DNA of 64,000 nt. It comes from a virus. The translations under genes and the position numbers were made by a program. This document shows, one piece after another, positions 29,201 through 37,108 of this stretch (within the stretch, counting starts at the first letter, position 1; each line of letters begins with the position of its first letter). The stretch lies in the IMG/VR virus record IMGVR_UViG_3300045988_016718. One strand, 5' to 3'. The notes beneath the pieces were generated by a model. That model searched no databases. It worked only from the letters and a program-made list of their open reading frames with translations, and was not told the origin of the DNA.

Positions 29201-32200
29201 TTTGATTTTCTGTTTGGTAATTCTACTCTTGATAACACTATTCAGCAATGATTGTATTCTCAAAGCTTGTGAAGGGTCATCAAGTGGTATTGTAAACTCT
29301 CCTTGTTCATTAAGGGATAATGCTTCAAGTAGGTCTGTACCATACCTTGGATTGTTTCTTACTTCACTTTGAAGAATCTTCTCAACTTCTTTTGGACTAC
29401 CAAATATCTTCTGTACTTCTTCAAACTTCTCTCTGATATTGGCAACATTAACTGCATTGAAGTAGTCAAACCATTGGGCTTTAGTCATTGATTTCTTACC
29501 ATAAGTAAGTATTGCATCATCTGCAATATCAGCACCTATTAACCTTCTAATTTGAGTACCTACTAACTGTTCTTTGTCAATACCATGTTCAGGAGTTGCA
29601 GTCTGAATACCATAGTCATTATAGTCAAACTCATGCACATAATTAGGATTAGCCATACCTGATGCTACACCAGTACTTTGTTCAAGTACTTCCATAACTT
29701 CTTCATAGCTTTCAACACCATTTATGTCAATTACACCTTGTTTACCATCCTTGACTGTGCTCTCAAACTGTATGACATCTATCTCATACTTCTTCATGAA
29801 GTCTGACATAGCTTTCATTTTGGGAGAAGCAAGTATTTCACCAAAGATAGCCTGTGTCAAAAGAATCATCTCCGAGTTCTTATTTTGTGTAGGAACCCTT
29901 ATCTGACCTTCATCAACCTGATTACTTTGGTTACTTTGAGTATATAAGTAAGGCTTTCTGGTATTCCACAGTACAGTGAAATCTCTTGCTGACCACTTAT
30001 TATCCTTGAAGTTATTATATGCATCCTCTTCTTCTTGTGACCACATATCAGCCATGATTTGAGTAGCTCTAAAGCTATCAAGACTTCTATATGCTTGAGC
30101 ATCAGCAACATTCACCTTTTCATACTTACCTAAGATGACAGCTCTATCATAATCAGTAAGTTCTCCTTTGGCTACCTTTGCATCAACTACTTCCTTAATG
30201 TCATCAAAAGATAAGGATTTGTGCTCATCATCCTTCAAGTATATAGTCCTTTCCTTTCTAGGTTCACCATTAGCATCCCTAGCCAGTACAGGATTTCCAT
30301 TCCAAGTAGCAAGAGTATTCAGTCTCTCTGATGGAGCATGAACCTGTTTGTTTCTCTTCTGAAAATCCTCAAGGTCTTTATAATAAGCTAAGTCAGTAGT
30401 AAGCATTTGTATCATCTGACTTTGGGCATAAGTACTATTCCAATACCATTCCTTTAAGTCTGATATTACACCATCTTCACTGTATCTATTGAAGTTTACA
30501 AACTTGGCATCTTTGGCATCACTTACTCTGTCAAATACACCAATCTTTCTCCAATTCTCAACTGCAAGATTAAACCTGTCATTCATGATATCTGTTACAG
30601 TATCCTTGATGAACTGATTTACTTCTTCCAATGTGGCATTGTTCTTGATATTGGCTAATGCTTCTTCAAAGCTTAAACCATCAAACTTCATTGTATTGAG
30701 TTCAGGGAAGAACTTAAATTCAGCACCACCTTTTGACTTCTTGGTAATATCAAAGTTTCCTATCTCATCAACACCAGATTCAGCTCTTTTCTTGACTAAA
30801 GCTATCCTGTCTAGTTCCTGTTTAACAAGTGTAATCATCTTATCACTTATAACATTCTCATAGTCAGCAATATATCTCTTCTGTCTAATGAACTCTGCAC
30901 TCTGGCTATCTGACAACATAGGTACTTGATACCAAGCAAAACCTGTATCTTCCTTACTAGGTTCAGCAAAATATTGGTTAAACAAAGCTAATGTAGCATC
31001 AAGTGCACTCCACCTGCTATATTCCTTTCTGTTGAACTCAAGAAGAACCATGTGGTCAAGTTTATCTCTTACCCTTTGGTCATTCCTTATATCCTCAATC
31101 CATTGATTTCTCCATACTCCATTCTTGTTGAACCATTCTACAGCACCATACTCTGCATCAATAAACTCTTCAAAACCTTCTCTCCTTAGCTTCTTAAGTA
31201 AGGTAGTCAAGTATGAAGGATTCACATGAGCATATCTGGTTTTATCACCTTGTCTTACACTACTTTCAACAGTATCTTCATCAACAAAGTTGAATACTTC
31301 TGCAATACTATTGAACTGACTACCATAGATGTTTACCAAGTCTGCTGGTTGTCCATCAGTTACCTTATCATTGCCTTTATTAAGGTCATAATATATGGTT
31401 CTTAATGCCTCAAGTACTTGTCTGATTGCTACTGGATAGGAAGTATTATCTATTGCATAATTCAGAGACTCTTGCAATGTTTGTTTTCCAATGGAAATAC
31501 CCAACATATTAAGTGCTTTCATAAGGTCATCGTTGACCTTAGTGTCATTAGACAATCTAATCTCATCTTCTCTATCAACTCTTGAGAACTGGCTAAGGAT
31601 ATTGTTAACAAGTTCAAGACCAGTTTTAGCTTTAGATAGATGAATGTCACCATTCTTATCATATAAGCTGTCACTATCCAATATGTTACCAAATTCATAG
31701 TTGTCTCTCCATTCATCAAAGTAATGAGCTGTACCTTCTGCCTTATTGATAGACATAGTTTCAGTCTTGAATGAACCATCACCTATTGCTTTTCTTTTCT
31801 GAATCCAATAGCTTAAATAATCCTTTCTATATGCTCTGTAGAAGGCAGTGAATACTTGATTGTCAGACTCAACTTTCTGCAATATCTGTCTAGCCCAAGG
31901 TTTCCTTGATGCAAGTTTATTAAGCATAGGTATCATGTCTCTAGCATCTACCATATCCCTAAGACCTTGTATCAATTCTGAATGAACATAAGAAGGTTCA
32001 AGATACTGTTCATAGCCCAAATCATCATAGTCATAAGTACCTCTTCTGTTAAGTCTTGGTATCTGTCTTATGATGTTTCTAACTCTGTTACTAAGACTAC
32101 TGTATGAAGCAACTTCTCTTACATTAGTCATCCAACCATCCTTATAGTTCTCTTCCTTGTTCTCTGCACTGTCATCAATAGAATTACCCTCTTCATCAAC

Positions 32201-33376
32201 TGCATCAGTATTAGTATCCTCATCAAGATTATAGTCATTCCTTATATCCATAACTACTCCTTCTGTAAGACTAAAGTTAGCACTTGCTTCTTCTGCTAAT
32301 GCCTGAAAGTTATCAAGTATCTTCATGAATGACTTATACTGTCTGTCTGCCTTCATTTGAGCAGCCTTAAGCTTCTGTTCATCATTAAGTCTTGCAGCCT
32401 TAGGGTCAGCATTAATATTAGCAAGTTCTAATTCAACTCTTTCCTCTTGAGTAGCTTCTGTATATGCACTGAATGTCTGTCTTACTTTCTTGAAGATATT
32501 TGAAGGTCCTAATCTTCTTATCACTTGAGGTCTGGTGAGCTTTGTCATATCATCAATAAGCTCCCTCTGCTGTTCATAACTAGTAGCTGCCTCAATTCTT
32601 TTATTGAGGTTACTCTTCATTATTTCCAAAGCTGATGTTACCTTATTGCTGAATAACCTAGTAATCAGGTTGACTCTGTTCTTCCTTTCAATAGGAGTGA
32701 AAGTCTGACTAACCTTAGCTAAATCTTCTCTGAATGAAGTAGTCTCTTTTTCAGAAGCAAACTTGCCAGAATTAACCCATTTGTCACTGAAATATACATT
32801 AGCTGGTATATCACCTGCTTCAAGGAACATATTAATCATTTCCTCACCAGTATATCCATTAAGAGACTTTTCATTCAATCCATGTGTATATGCTACCTTG
32901 AACTGTTTATCAGGGTTCTCTCTGGCAACTTGGTACATTTTCCTGATGTTCTCAACAATTTGTTCTGTAGAGATACTTCTAAGACCATTATTTTCCTTAA
33001 CTCTAAGGTCTTTTGTTGGTAGAGCATAAGCATTTCCTTGTAAGCCCTCACCTTGACCATAGACAGCACCAAATTTCTCTCTTGCTACCTTAGCTGCTCC
33101 TGCACCATGTCTGCCTTCTGGATTACTTCCAAATACAAATATAGTATTTTCTTCAGGCTCTATATAACCTGAATAACTATTAACACCAGTGGTTGACTTT
33201 CTTTGTTTAGCCCTGAAATCATTCAGTTCTTTAACTGTAGGAAAAGTATCTATATCCTTGTTGTTCTTCTCCTGCCATAGTGCAATTAAAGCCTTGACAG
33301 AAGCAACAGTTTCACCTTGAAGTTTTCTAGCTAGTTCTTCTACCTCTTTGGTAGTGGGAATGCATCTTATAGCCAT
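26282..33376 (-). CDS. Virion-packaged single-chain RNA polymerase (crAss-type vRNAP) with an extra N-terminal alpha/beta domain
   Basis: 2364-aa ORF containing 'IAGSDFDVDKMYV' (DxDxD metal-binding motif, nt 28832-28849). This fits the giant two-barrel RNAP typified by gp66 of crAss-like phage phi14:2. The size and the position beside other giant virion proteins also fit. The N-terminus carries 'FVFGSNPEGRHGAGAAKVAREKFGAVYGQGEGLQGNAYALPTKD'. Confidence 0.8.
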   Translation of the reverse strand: MAIRCIPTTKEVEELARKLQGETVASVKALIALWQEKNNKDIDTFPTVKELNDFRAKQRKSTTGVNSYSGYIEPEENTIFVFGSNPEGRHGAGAAKVAREKFGAVYGQGEGLQGNAYALPTKDLRVKENNGLRSISTEQIVENIRKMYQVARENPDKQFKVAYTHGLNEKSLNGYTGEEMINMFLEAGDIPANVYFSDKWVNSGKFASEKETTSFREDLAKVSQTFTPIERKNRVNLITRLFSNKVTSALEIMKSNLNKRIEAATSYEQQRELIDDMTKLTRPQVIRRLGPSNIFKKVRQTFSAYTEATQEERVELELANINADPKAARLNDEQKLKAAQMKADRQYKSFMKILDNFQALAEEASANFSLTEGVVMDIRNDYNLDEDTNTDAVDEEGNSIDDSAENKEENYKDGWMTNVREVASYSSLSNRVRNIIRQIPRLNRRGTYDYDDLGYEQYLEPSYVHSELIQGLRDMVDARDMIPMLNKLASRKPWARQILQKVESDNQVFTAFYRAYRKDYLSYWIQKRKAIGDGSFKTETMSINKAEGTAHYFDEWRDNYEFGNILDSDSLYDKNGDIHLSKAKTGLELVNNILSQFSRVDREDEIRLSNDTKVNDDLMKALNMLGISIGKQTLQESLNYAIDNTSYPVAIRQVLEALRTIYYDLNKGNDKVTDGQPADLVNIYGSQFNSIAEVFNFVDEDTVESSVRQGDKTRYAHVNPSYLTTLLKKLRREGFEEFIDAEYGAVEWFNKNGVWRNQWIEDIRNDQRVRDKLDHMVLLEFNRKEYSRWSALDATLALFNQYFAEPSKEDTGFAWYQVPMLSDSQSAEFIRQKRYIADYENVISDKMITLVKQELDRIALVKKRAESGVDEIGNFDITKKSKGGAEFKFFPELNTMKFDGLSFEEALANIKNNATLEEVNQFIKDTVTDIMNDRFNLAVENWRKIGVFDRVSDAKDAKFVNFNRYSEDGVISDLKEWYWNSTYAQSQMIQMLTTDLAYYKDLEDFQKRNKQVHAPSERLNTLATWNGNPVLARDANGEPRKERTIYLKDDEHKSLSFDDIKEVVDAKVAKGELTDYDRAVILGKYEKVNVADAQAYRSLDSFRATQIMADMWSQEEEDAYNNFKDNKWSARDFTVLWNTRKPYLYTQSNQSNQVDEGQIRVPTQNKNSEMILLTQAIFGEILASPKMKAMSDFMKKYEIDVIQFESTVKDGKQGVIDINGVESYEEVMEVLEQSTGVASGMANPNYVHEFDYNDYGIQTATPEHGIDKEQLVGTQIRRLIGADIADDAILTYGKKSMTKAQWFDYFNAVNVANIREKFEEVQKIFGSPKEVEKILQSEVRNNPRYGTDLLEALSLNEQGEFTIPLDDPSQALRIQSLLNSVIKSRITKQKIKGGALIQASAYGLARKPQMVFEGEGENKKLKYMECYLPCPSEKLYDLLLDPNTHELDINKKDESGKFIVPEKLREVIGYRVPTEDKYSMAPLRVIGFLPRQVGSVIILPEDITTIAGSDFDVDKMYVMFHDFYLEDFDRARARKDFEKANAGTADLINQMLGLEEDIEENDVYKEWFKENQDMYRHDTPKVVPYKYNYNKVGGDSKMDIYNNAKANNKPQRDSQMIDLMWSVLTNSDTAGKFLNPGGFDEQKRTARLATILQNNTLDQLKSKYGGVDKLLNYSLDELDNIVKESKQVLNPLTPDTWVNLHQRNMSGASLIGIAANHNASHALMQSTQLGIAPEYVLTINGHQYNSFHDIKNAEGKFITRNVSGFLAAFVDNAKDPIAGDMNFNMVTADIAFTLLRMGHSPMTTGLIISQPIVREITEMIENTRRGMTDVINEVLEKYKKLAGGENINTRDKINSHNFTDSELASNIAAANNPSGNSSNIEEAQFFGNQLMVGYMFSKLSKLSTALGDLTQATRADTQNGAAGPSIAANVVKIERVDDLLEKSQQEGYPLTGIDFIGFGMDENTIINSPTPILQAMFTYGIEGTEDMFKPYVPYYNDNYNKAIAMLKDVTKFGRLDEKTRNSIYNDILTYYMSQYSQFGADDTRTAQEKRDYFINQFPQEFAKFKEAHPELSKLSFINRLKVIGRTKYNPVPSIVFTNVGKITPMQKEQYIRDWTTLLYMNEETSQMAKDLFTYNYFKGFGFSPSGFGHLTSTQVKLNSRDYIRSLREVMTNPIDVNNFWRQYVRNHMDNRSLVPDVSKSSIEVGVDTEGFNIKLDKYSSFDDKQLAKPFDPSTDKEFTYHEYVYFNVKGRDMYFQLINVDAGTAEYSRIKPLGLKNQYVEYQYGMDASAMESVVSSAEPSTSFNDIYDDYTPVEDTRDIRDVPHPISDVARVLGYEVSEDMINELANLTPNDFDPASGESFCL

Positions 33377-33399
33377 ATTGTTTCTTTAATTAAAATTAT

Positions 33400-33434
33400 G
33401 TGCAAATATAAGGGTTACTTTGTTAATATGCAAG
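33400..33434 (-). promoter_or_regulatory. Bacteroidota-type promoter (-33 cTTG / -7 TATATTTG) for the vRNAP operon
   Basis: The minus strand reads CTTGCATATTAACAAAGTAACCCTTATATTTGCAC. The spacer is 20 nt, and the -7 box (33403-33410) lies 27 nt upstream of the ATG at 33376. Confidence 0.55.
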
Positions 33435-33490
33435 TTATTAAGGATAAAAGTTCTATTTGGCATATCAATATACTTAAGGGTTAATAAGTA

Positions 33491-33517
33491 AAGGGCATGA
33501 TACTATACCATGCCCTT
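33491..33517 (-). terminator. Hairpin terminator candidate
   Basis: Perfect 9-bp palindromic stem AAGGGCATG / CATGCCCTT with a 9-nt loop, 11 nt downstream of the stop at 33528. The trailing sequence on the minus strand (TACTTATTAAC) is only moderately T-rich. Confidence 0.45.
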
Positions 33518-33527
33518 GCTTTATAGA

Positions 33528-34157
33528 TTAATTAACAATCTCAATCAATTCAGGTGGAATTCCAACTCCTTTACCTTCTGAAATGTCTTTTAGAGTCAGT
33601 TTAACCTTTTTAGGTTTAACCTTATGCACTCTTAGTTCATTGACAGTATGGCTGCTCATACCACTAGTAGTTACTTCTAGAGCCATCAACTTTTCAAGAA
33701 GGCTATCAGTGACACAGATATATATCTTTTCACCATCACCTTTGTCAATAATGGATATAACATTCTTATATCTCACTTCTATCCTTTTTCTTGCTCTGTC
33801 ACCTCTGTTGGAGAAATCTGCTATTACCTTACTGCCTACTTTGATTTCGTCAGATTGCTCTTGTTGCTCTACTGGTTTCTCAATAGTTTTTCTTGCCACT
33901 TCTTTGGTTACTTCAATCTTTGGTTTAGGGATAGCAATCTCAAACTTGTGACCATTATGAATACTACTCCAAAACATAGGTCCTTTTACAGACTTGCCCC
34001 AAGTAAAGCCACCTTCAAAGTATCCAGCATCAGCCTTCTTTTGAAATACTGCCACATTTCTGGGATTACCTTGTCTTTCTTGTTCATCAAGCATAAGCTC
34101 AACAACATGAGGTGGGTAACCCTCAATAGCTTCAATACAATCTTTTTCTGTTACCAT
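33528..34157 (-). CDS. Hypothetical protein
   Basis: The track start is a GTG. The adjacent ATG at 34157 overlaps the upstream TGA (TGATG), giving 209 aa. No motif was recognised beyond a 'GGFTWGKSVKGPMFW' stretch. Confidence 0.6.
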   Translation of the reverse strand: MVTEKDCIEAIEGYPPHVVELMLDEQERQGNPRNVAVFQKKADAGYFEGGFTWGKSVKGPMFWSSIHNGHKFEIAIPKPKIEVTKEVARKTIEKPVEQQEQSDEIKVGSKVIADFSNRGDRARKRIEVRYKNVISIIDKGDGEKIYICVTDSLLEKLMALEVTTSGMSSHTVNELRVHKVKPKKVKLTLKDISEGKGVGIPPELIEIVN

Positions 34158-34771
34158 CACTCAACAATATATTTAGTTCCACCAATCTGTAACCACTTTA
34201 ATGTGTTGATATTAACAGGTCTGATGTTATCTTCACCATCAATGTCCATATCAATACAGTTGTATCTTCCATCTCTTGATTCAAATTGAATCTTGAAACC
34301 TCTCAATATCCTATCTTCACCTTCTTCATAAGGAAGAATAGGCTCTTTAATTAACTCTGTAATCAGAGTTTTAGCCCTTTCTGCTACTCCTTTCTTGCTG
34401 GATTTAACCTTGTCAATATCAGTACAGAACTGATTCACCAAGTAGTCAATCTCTGCCTGTAAAGCCTTCTTAGTCTTAGGTTTATCCTGCTTCTTAAAGC
34501 ATACCGTAAATACTTGAGGAGTGTGAATACCTTCAAAGATAGACCTAATACCTTTAGTACCATCTCTTTTATCTTCTTTGGTAACTTTGACTTCCTCAAC
34601 TACTTCATCAGCACTCTCAATATAGTTGCTGACATACTCCTTTCCAAGCCTTACCATATCACCACTTTCAAGGTGTTTGGCTTGTACTACACTTCCAGTT
34701 ATGGAGTTTACTACATAATGTGATGTTTCACTAAGCACATCACCTACTTTTAATTGTTTGATTTCTTTCAT
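34157..34771 (-). CDS. Hypothetical protein
   Basis: 204-aa ORF with an ATG start, coupled to the downstream gene. No catalytic motif was found. Confidence 0.6.
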   Translation of the reverse strand: MKEIKQLKVGDVLSETSHYVVNSITGSVVQAKHLESGDMVRLGKEYVSNYIESADEVVEEVKVTKEDKRDGTKGIRSIFEGIHTPQVFTVCFKKQDKPKTKKALQAEIDYLVNQFCTDIDKVKSSKKGVAERAKTLITELIKEPILPYEEGEDRILRGFKIQFESRDGRYNCIDMDIDGEDNIRPVNINTLKWLQIGGTKYIVE

Positions 34772-34775
34772 AATG

Positions 34776-35168
34776 TTATTCTATTGGTTTGAATTTATAA
34801 CCATACTGTATACCAGTCCTATCTGACTCCATTTCTGCCATATCAGGTAGAGCATACTGTTTACACCATTCTTCAGCCCTGAATACTTGCGCCCTTAAGT
34901 CAGGTAACCAGAATGAGCTACCATCAGGATTATTTTGAAGAGACCAGTAGTCAGCAACTCCGACTAAAATAGTGAAGCATATATGCAAGTCATTTACACC
35001 TCTAGGATGTAGCATTATTCCATAGCAATCCCCCAGAATATAAGCTCTAGGGAAGTTACTTTGTGTATGACTTACAATATTATTATGTACTACTTCACCT
35101 TGAGGATGTCTATTCAAATCAGTTCCAATAAAATCCTCAAGATGCTTCTGTAAGTTAAAGACTTCCAT
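34776..35168 (-). CDS. Hypothetical protein
   Basis: 130-aa ORF with a TAATG overlap with the upstream gene. No motif was recognised. Confidence 0.6.
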   Translation of the reverse strand: MEVFNLQKHLEDFIGTDLNRHPQGEVVHNNIVSHTQSNFPRAYILGDCYGIMLHPRGVNDLHICFTILVGVADYWSLQNNPDGSSFWLPDLRAQVFRAEEWCKQYALPDMAEMESDRTGIQYGYKFKPIE

Positions 35169-35410
35169 TAAATGAACTCTTTAAGTTTACTCATGTAAGT
35201 CTCTGTATTCTTCACAAGCTCACTGGTTTCAGCTATCCTAGTCTCAATAGTTTTGATAGTCTCTCTATCCTTTTCAATATCTTCCAACATTTCTTTTGAT
35301 AAAGACTCTGCCTCATTATATGCAGAAACAAACATTGATTTTACCTTACCCAATCTGTCAGCAAATGACAGTTTAGGCTCTACTGCTTTTGTTTTCTTAC
35401 TTCCAATCAT
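35168..35410 (-). CDS. Hypothetical coiled-coil protein
   Basis: 80-aa ORF with a heptad-like charged sequence. It is the first gene after the promoter at 35441-35448. Confidence 0.55.
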   Translation of the reverse strand: MIGSKKTKAVEPKLSFADRLGKVKSMFVSAYNEAESLSKEMLEDIEKDRETIKTIETRIAETSELVKNTETYMSKLKEFI

Positions 35411-35440
35411 GTTATTTTAAATTAAATAGTTTTACTATTA

Positions 35441-35448
35441 CAAATATA
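35441..35448 (-). promoter_or_regulatory. -7 box TATATTTG (Bacteroidota-type promoter)
   Basis: The minus strand reads CCTTATATTTGTAAT, 31 nt upstream of the ATG at 35410. The nearest TTG upstream is 25 nt away, so the -33 element is uncertain. Confidence 0.4.
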
Positions 35449-35466
35449 AGGAACATAATAGTTCCT
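35449..35466 (-). terminator. Short hairpin after thyX (weak terminator candidate)
   Basis: AGGAAC / GTTCCT forms a 6-bp stem with a 6-nt loop, followed on the minus strand by TATATTTG. It lies 25 nt after the thyX stop. Confidence 0.3.
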
Positions 35467-35490
35467 GCTATACCAAGTATTATACCTAAA

Positions 35491-36366
35491 CTAAACAGCA
35501 ACATATCCTCTTTTAATGAACTCTTCATGCAGAGGATGTGCTAACTCATAAGCTTGAGGATGTGCACTACCTGCATCTCTTAACTTGAAGAAACCTTCCC
35601 ATTGTTTGATAGTACCAGTTACAACAAGTTCAGTCTTAAGACTATTAGGTAATACATCTCTAGCCTGTTGAGCTTTCCAGTTTAATTCCAATAGGTCAAA
35701 GTACTCTCTCTCTGCATGACATAGTGCCCTTACAAAGGATGCTTCTTCAGCATTCTTGCACCTATCAATAATAAGACATTTATCATACTTCTCTTCAACA
35801 TCTTCAAGAGAGTAAGAACCTTCTTCAAGACCTAACCAGCTAGGTATAATACAAGTAAGTTGATACCCAAACTTGCCCTTAGAGTAGTTACAATATCTTG
35901 TACTTTCTTGAGCAAATGAGAATACTCTATGTCTTACAAACTCATGACTTACACCTCTGTCACATACAAACTTGACAGTGATTCTCTTCTCATGATACTC
36001 TGTAGGTTCACATTGATATTCTAGGTCATTGAGCCAGCCATTCTCTACTAGTACTCTTAGATTAGTAGTTATATAACTACTGTCCACATCAGATGATATA
36101 CTAGTGGAATATGGATTACGCATATACTTCTCAAACTTCAACCTTGAGACACCATAGTCAGGTATTTCAAGATATACAGTACCATGTTCTAACATAGCAC
36201 CATGACCACTTGCTATCATTCTATCAACAAATGCTTTGGCTGTACCTTCTGCTATCTTGTCTTCTGACTTATAACATACTCTACCAGCTCGTTCTATTTG
36301 TTTATATACTCCTTCAAGACCTGATTCTTGTTCCCAGATTTCAAAACTTGGTTTAATTAATCTCAT
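35491..36366 (-). CDS. thyX: Flavin-dependent thymidylate synthase ThyX
   Basis: 291 aa. 'RHRVFSFAQESTR' is an exact RHRxxSxxxxSxR ThyX signature. Confidence 0.9.
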   Translation of the reverse strand: MRLIKPSFEIWEQESGLEGVYKQIERAGRVCYKSEDKIAEGTAKAFVDRMIASGHGAMLEHGTVYLEIPDYGVSRLKFEKYMRNPYSTSISSDVDSSYITTNLRVLVENGWLNDLEYQCEPTEYHEKRITVKFVCDRGVSHEFVRHRVFSFAQESTRYCNYSKGKFGYQLTCIIPSWLGLEEGSYSLEDVEEKYDKCLIIDRCKNAEEASFVRALCHAEREYFDLLELNWKAQQARDVLPNSLKTELVVTGTIKQWEGFFKLRDAGSAHPQAYELAHPLHEEFIKRGYVAV

Positions 36367-36367
36367 A

Positions 36368-36805
36368 CTACTCTTGTATTATTTCAAATTCATCTATTGT
36401 CCATGTACCACCTAATGCTTCATGAGGTCTGAATATAGACTTCTTGGCAAAGGCTTTAATCTCTTCCTCTGTTGAACCTTTAGGAACATGAATTGACATA
36501 CTTTTGCTGTATGTAATACTAGCAAGTACTTCTACTTCCTCATAAGGTTCTTCATTGAAAGGTGCTCTAGGGTCATCTTTAGCCCCTGCTGGTAAATTAT
36601 CCATCTTCTTCAATTTCTTTATGTCCAATTCCAAGCTGTTTTCTTTAATTAGTCTTCTAGCAATAACACTTTCAAGTTTAGCAGGTATACTTATATGCCT
36701 TCCTTTATCATTCAAGTAAATAGCATGGTCTCCACTATGTCTGTCATAATGGAAACCATTTGCCTTTACTATCTTGACAAACTCTCTATGTGTATATTGT
36801 TTCAT
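36368..36805 (-). CDS. HicA-like domain fused to a HicB-like C-terminal region (putative)
   Basis: 145 aa. The N-terminus 'MKQYTHREFVKIVKANGFHYDRHSGDHAIYLNDKGRHISIPAKL..IARRLIKE' follows the HicA/YcfA pattern (G-f..R..G-H..y.......iP). The C-terminus 'SMSIHVPKGSTEEEIKAFAKKSI' resembles the HicB N-terminal pattern. Confidence 0.5.
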   Translation of the reverse strand: MKQYTHREFVKIVKANGFHYDRHSGDHAIYLNDKGRHISIPAKLESVIARRLIKENSLELDIKKLKKMDNLPAGAKDDPRAPFNEEPYEEVEVLASITYSKSMSIHVPKGSTEEEIKAFAKKSIFRPHEALGGTWTIDEFEIIQE

Positions 36806-37107
36806 GCACCTCTTTGAATCTCTACAACTTGTTCAGCCAATAATCCAGCACATGGTGGTTCAATGATTTCTTCAACCCTTGTAACCTCATATAGATGCTG
36901 TCTTCCATTAAACACTCCTTGAGCTTTAAGTAATCCTTCTGCCTGCTTAGCATTGCCAGCTTTAACAACTGCACAACCTTTGCCTATGCCAATTACATTA
37001 AACTCAACTACCCATAACCTCATAGGTACATTGCTAACAGGACAGACTTCTCTGTCTCTATTAGGTGATGTATCTATTGGTCCACAATATATTCCTGTTT
37101 GTCCCAT
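36802..37107 (-). CDS. Hypothetical protein
   Basis: The track start is a TTG at 37116. The ATG at 37107 ('MGQTGIY') lies 1 nt after the upstream TAA, giving 101 aa. Confidence 0.55.
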   Translation of the reverse strand: MGQTGIYCGPIDTSPNRDREVCPVSNVPMRLWVVEFNVIGIGKGCAVVKAGNAKQAEGLLKAQGVFNGRQHLYEVTRVEEIIEPPCAGLLAEQVVEIQRGA

Positions 37108-37108
37108 A

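Noticed and set aside
33398-33484. Small ORFs in the 151-nt intergenic region: a 28-aa plus-strand ORF starting at 33398 and a 25-aa minus-strand ORF starting at 33463.
   Set aside because: They have no coupling to neighbours, they overlap the promoter and repeat elements, and their composition looks like AT-rich non-coding sequence.
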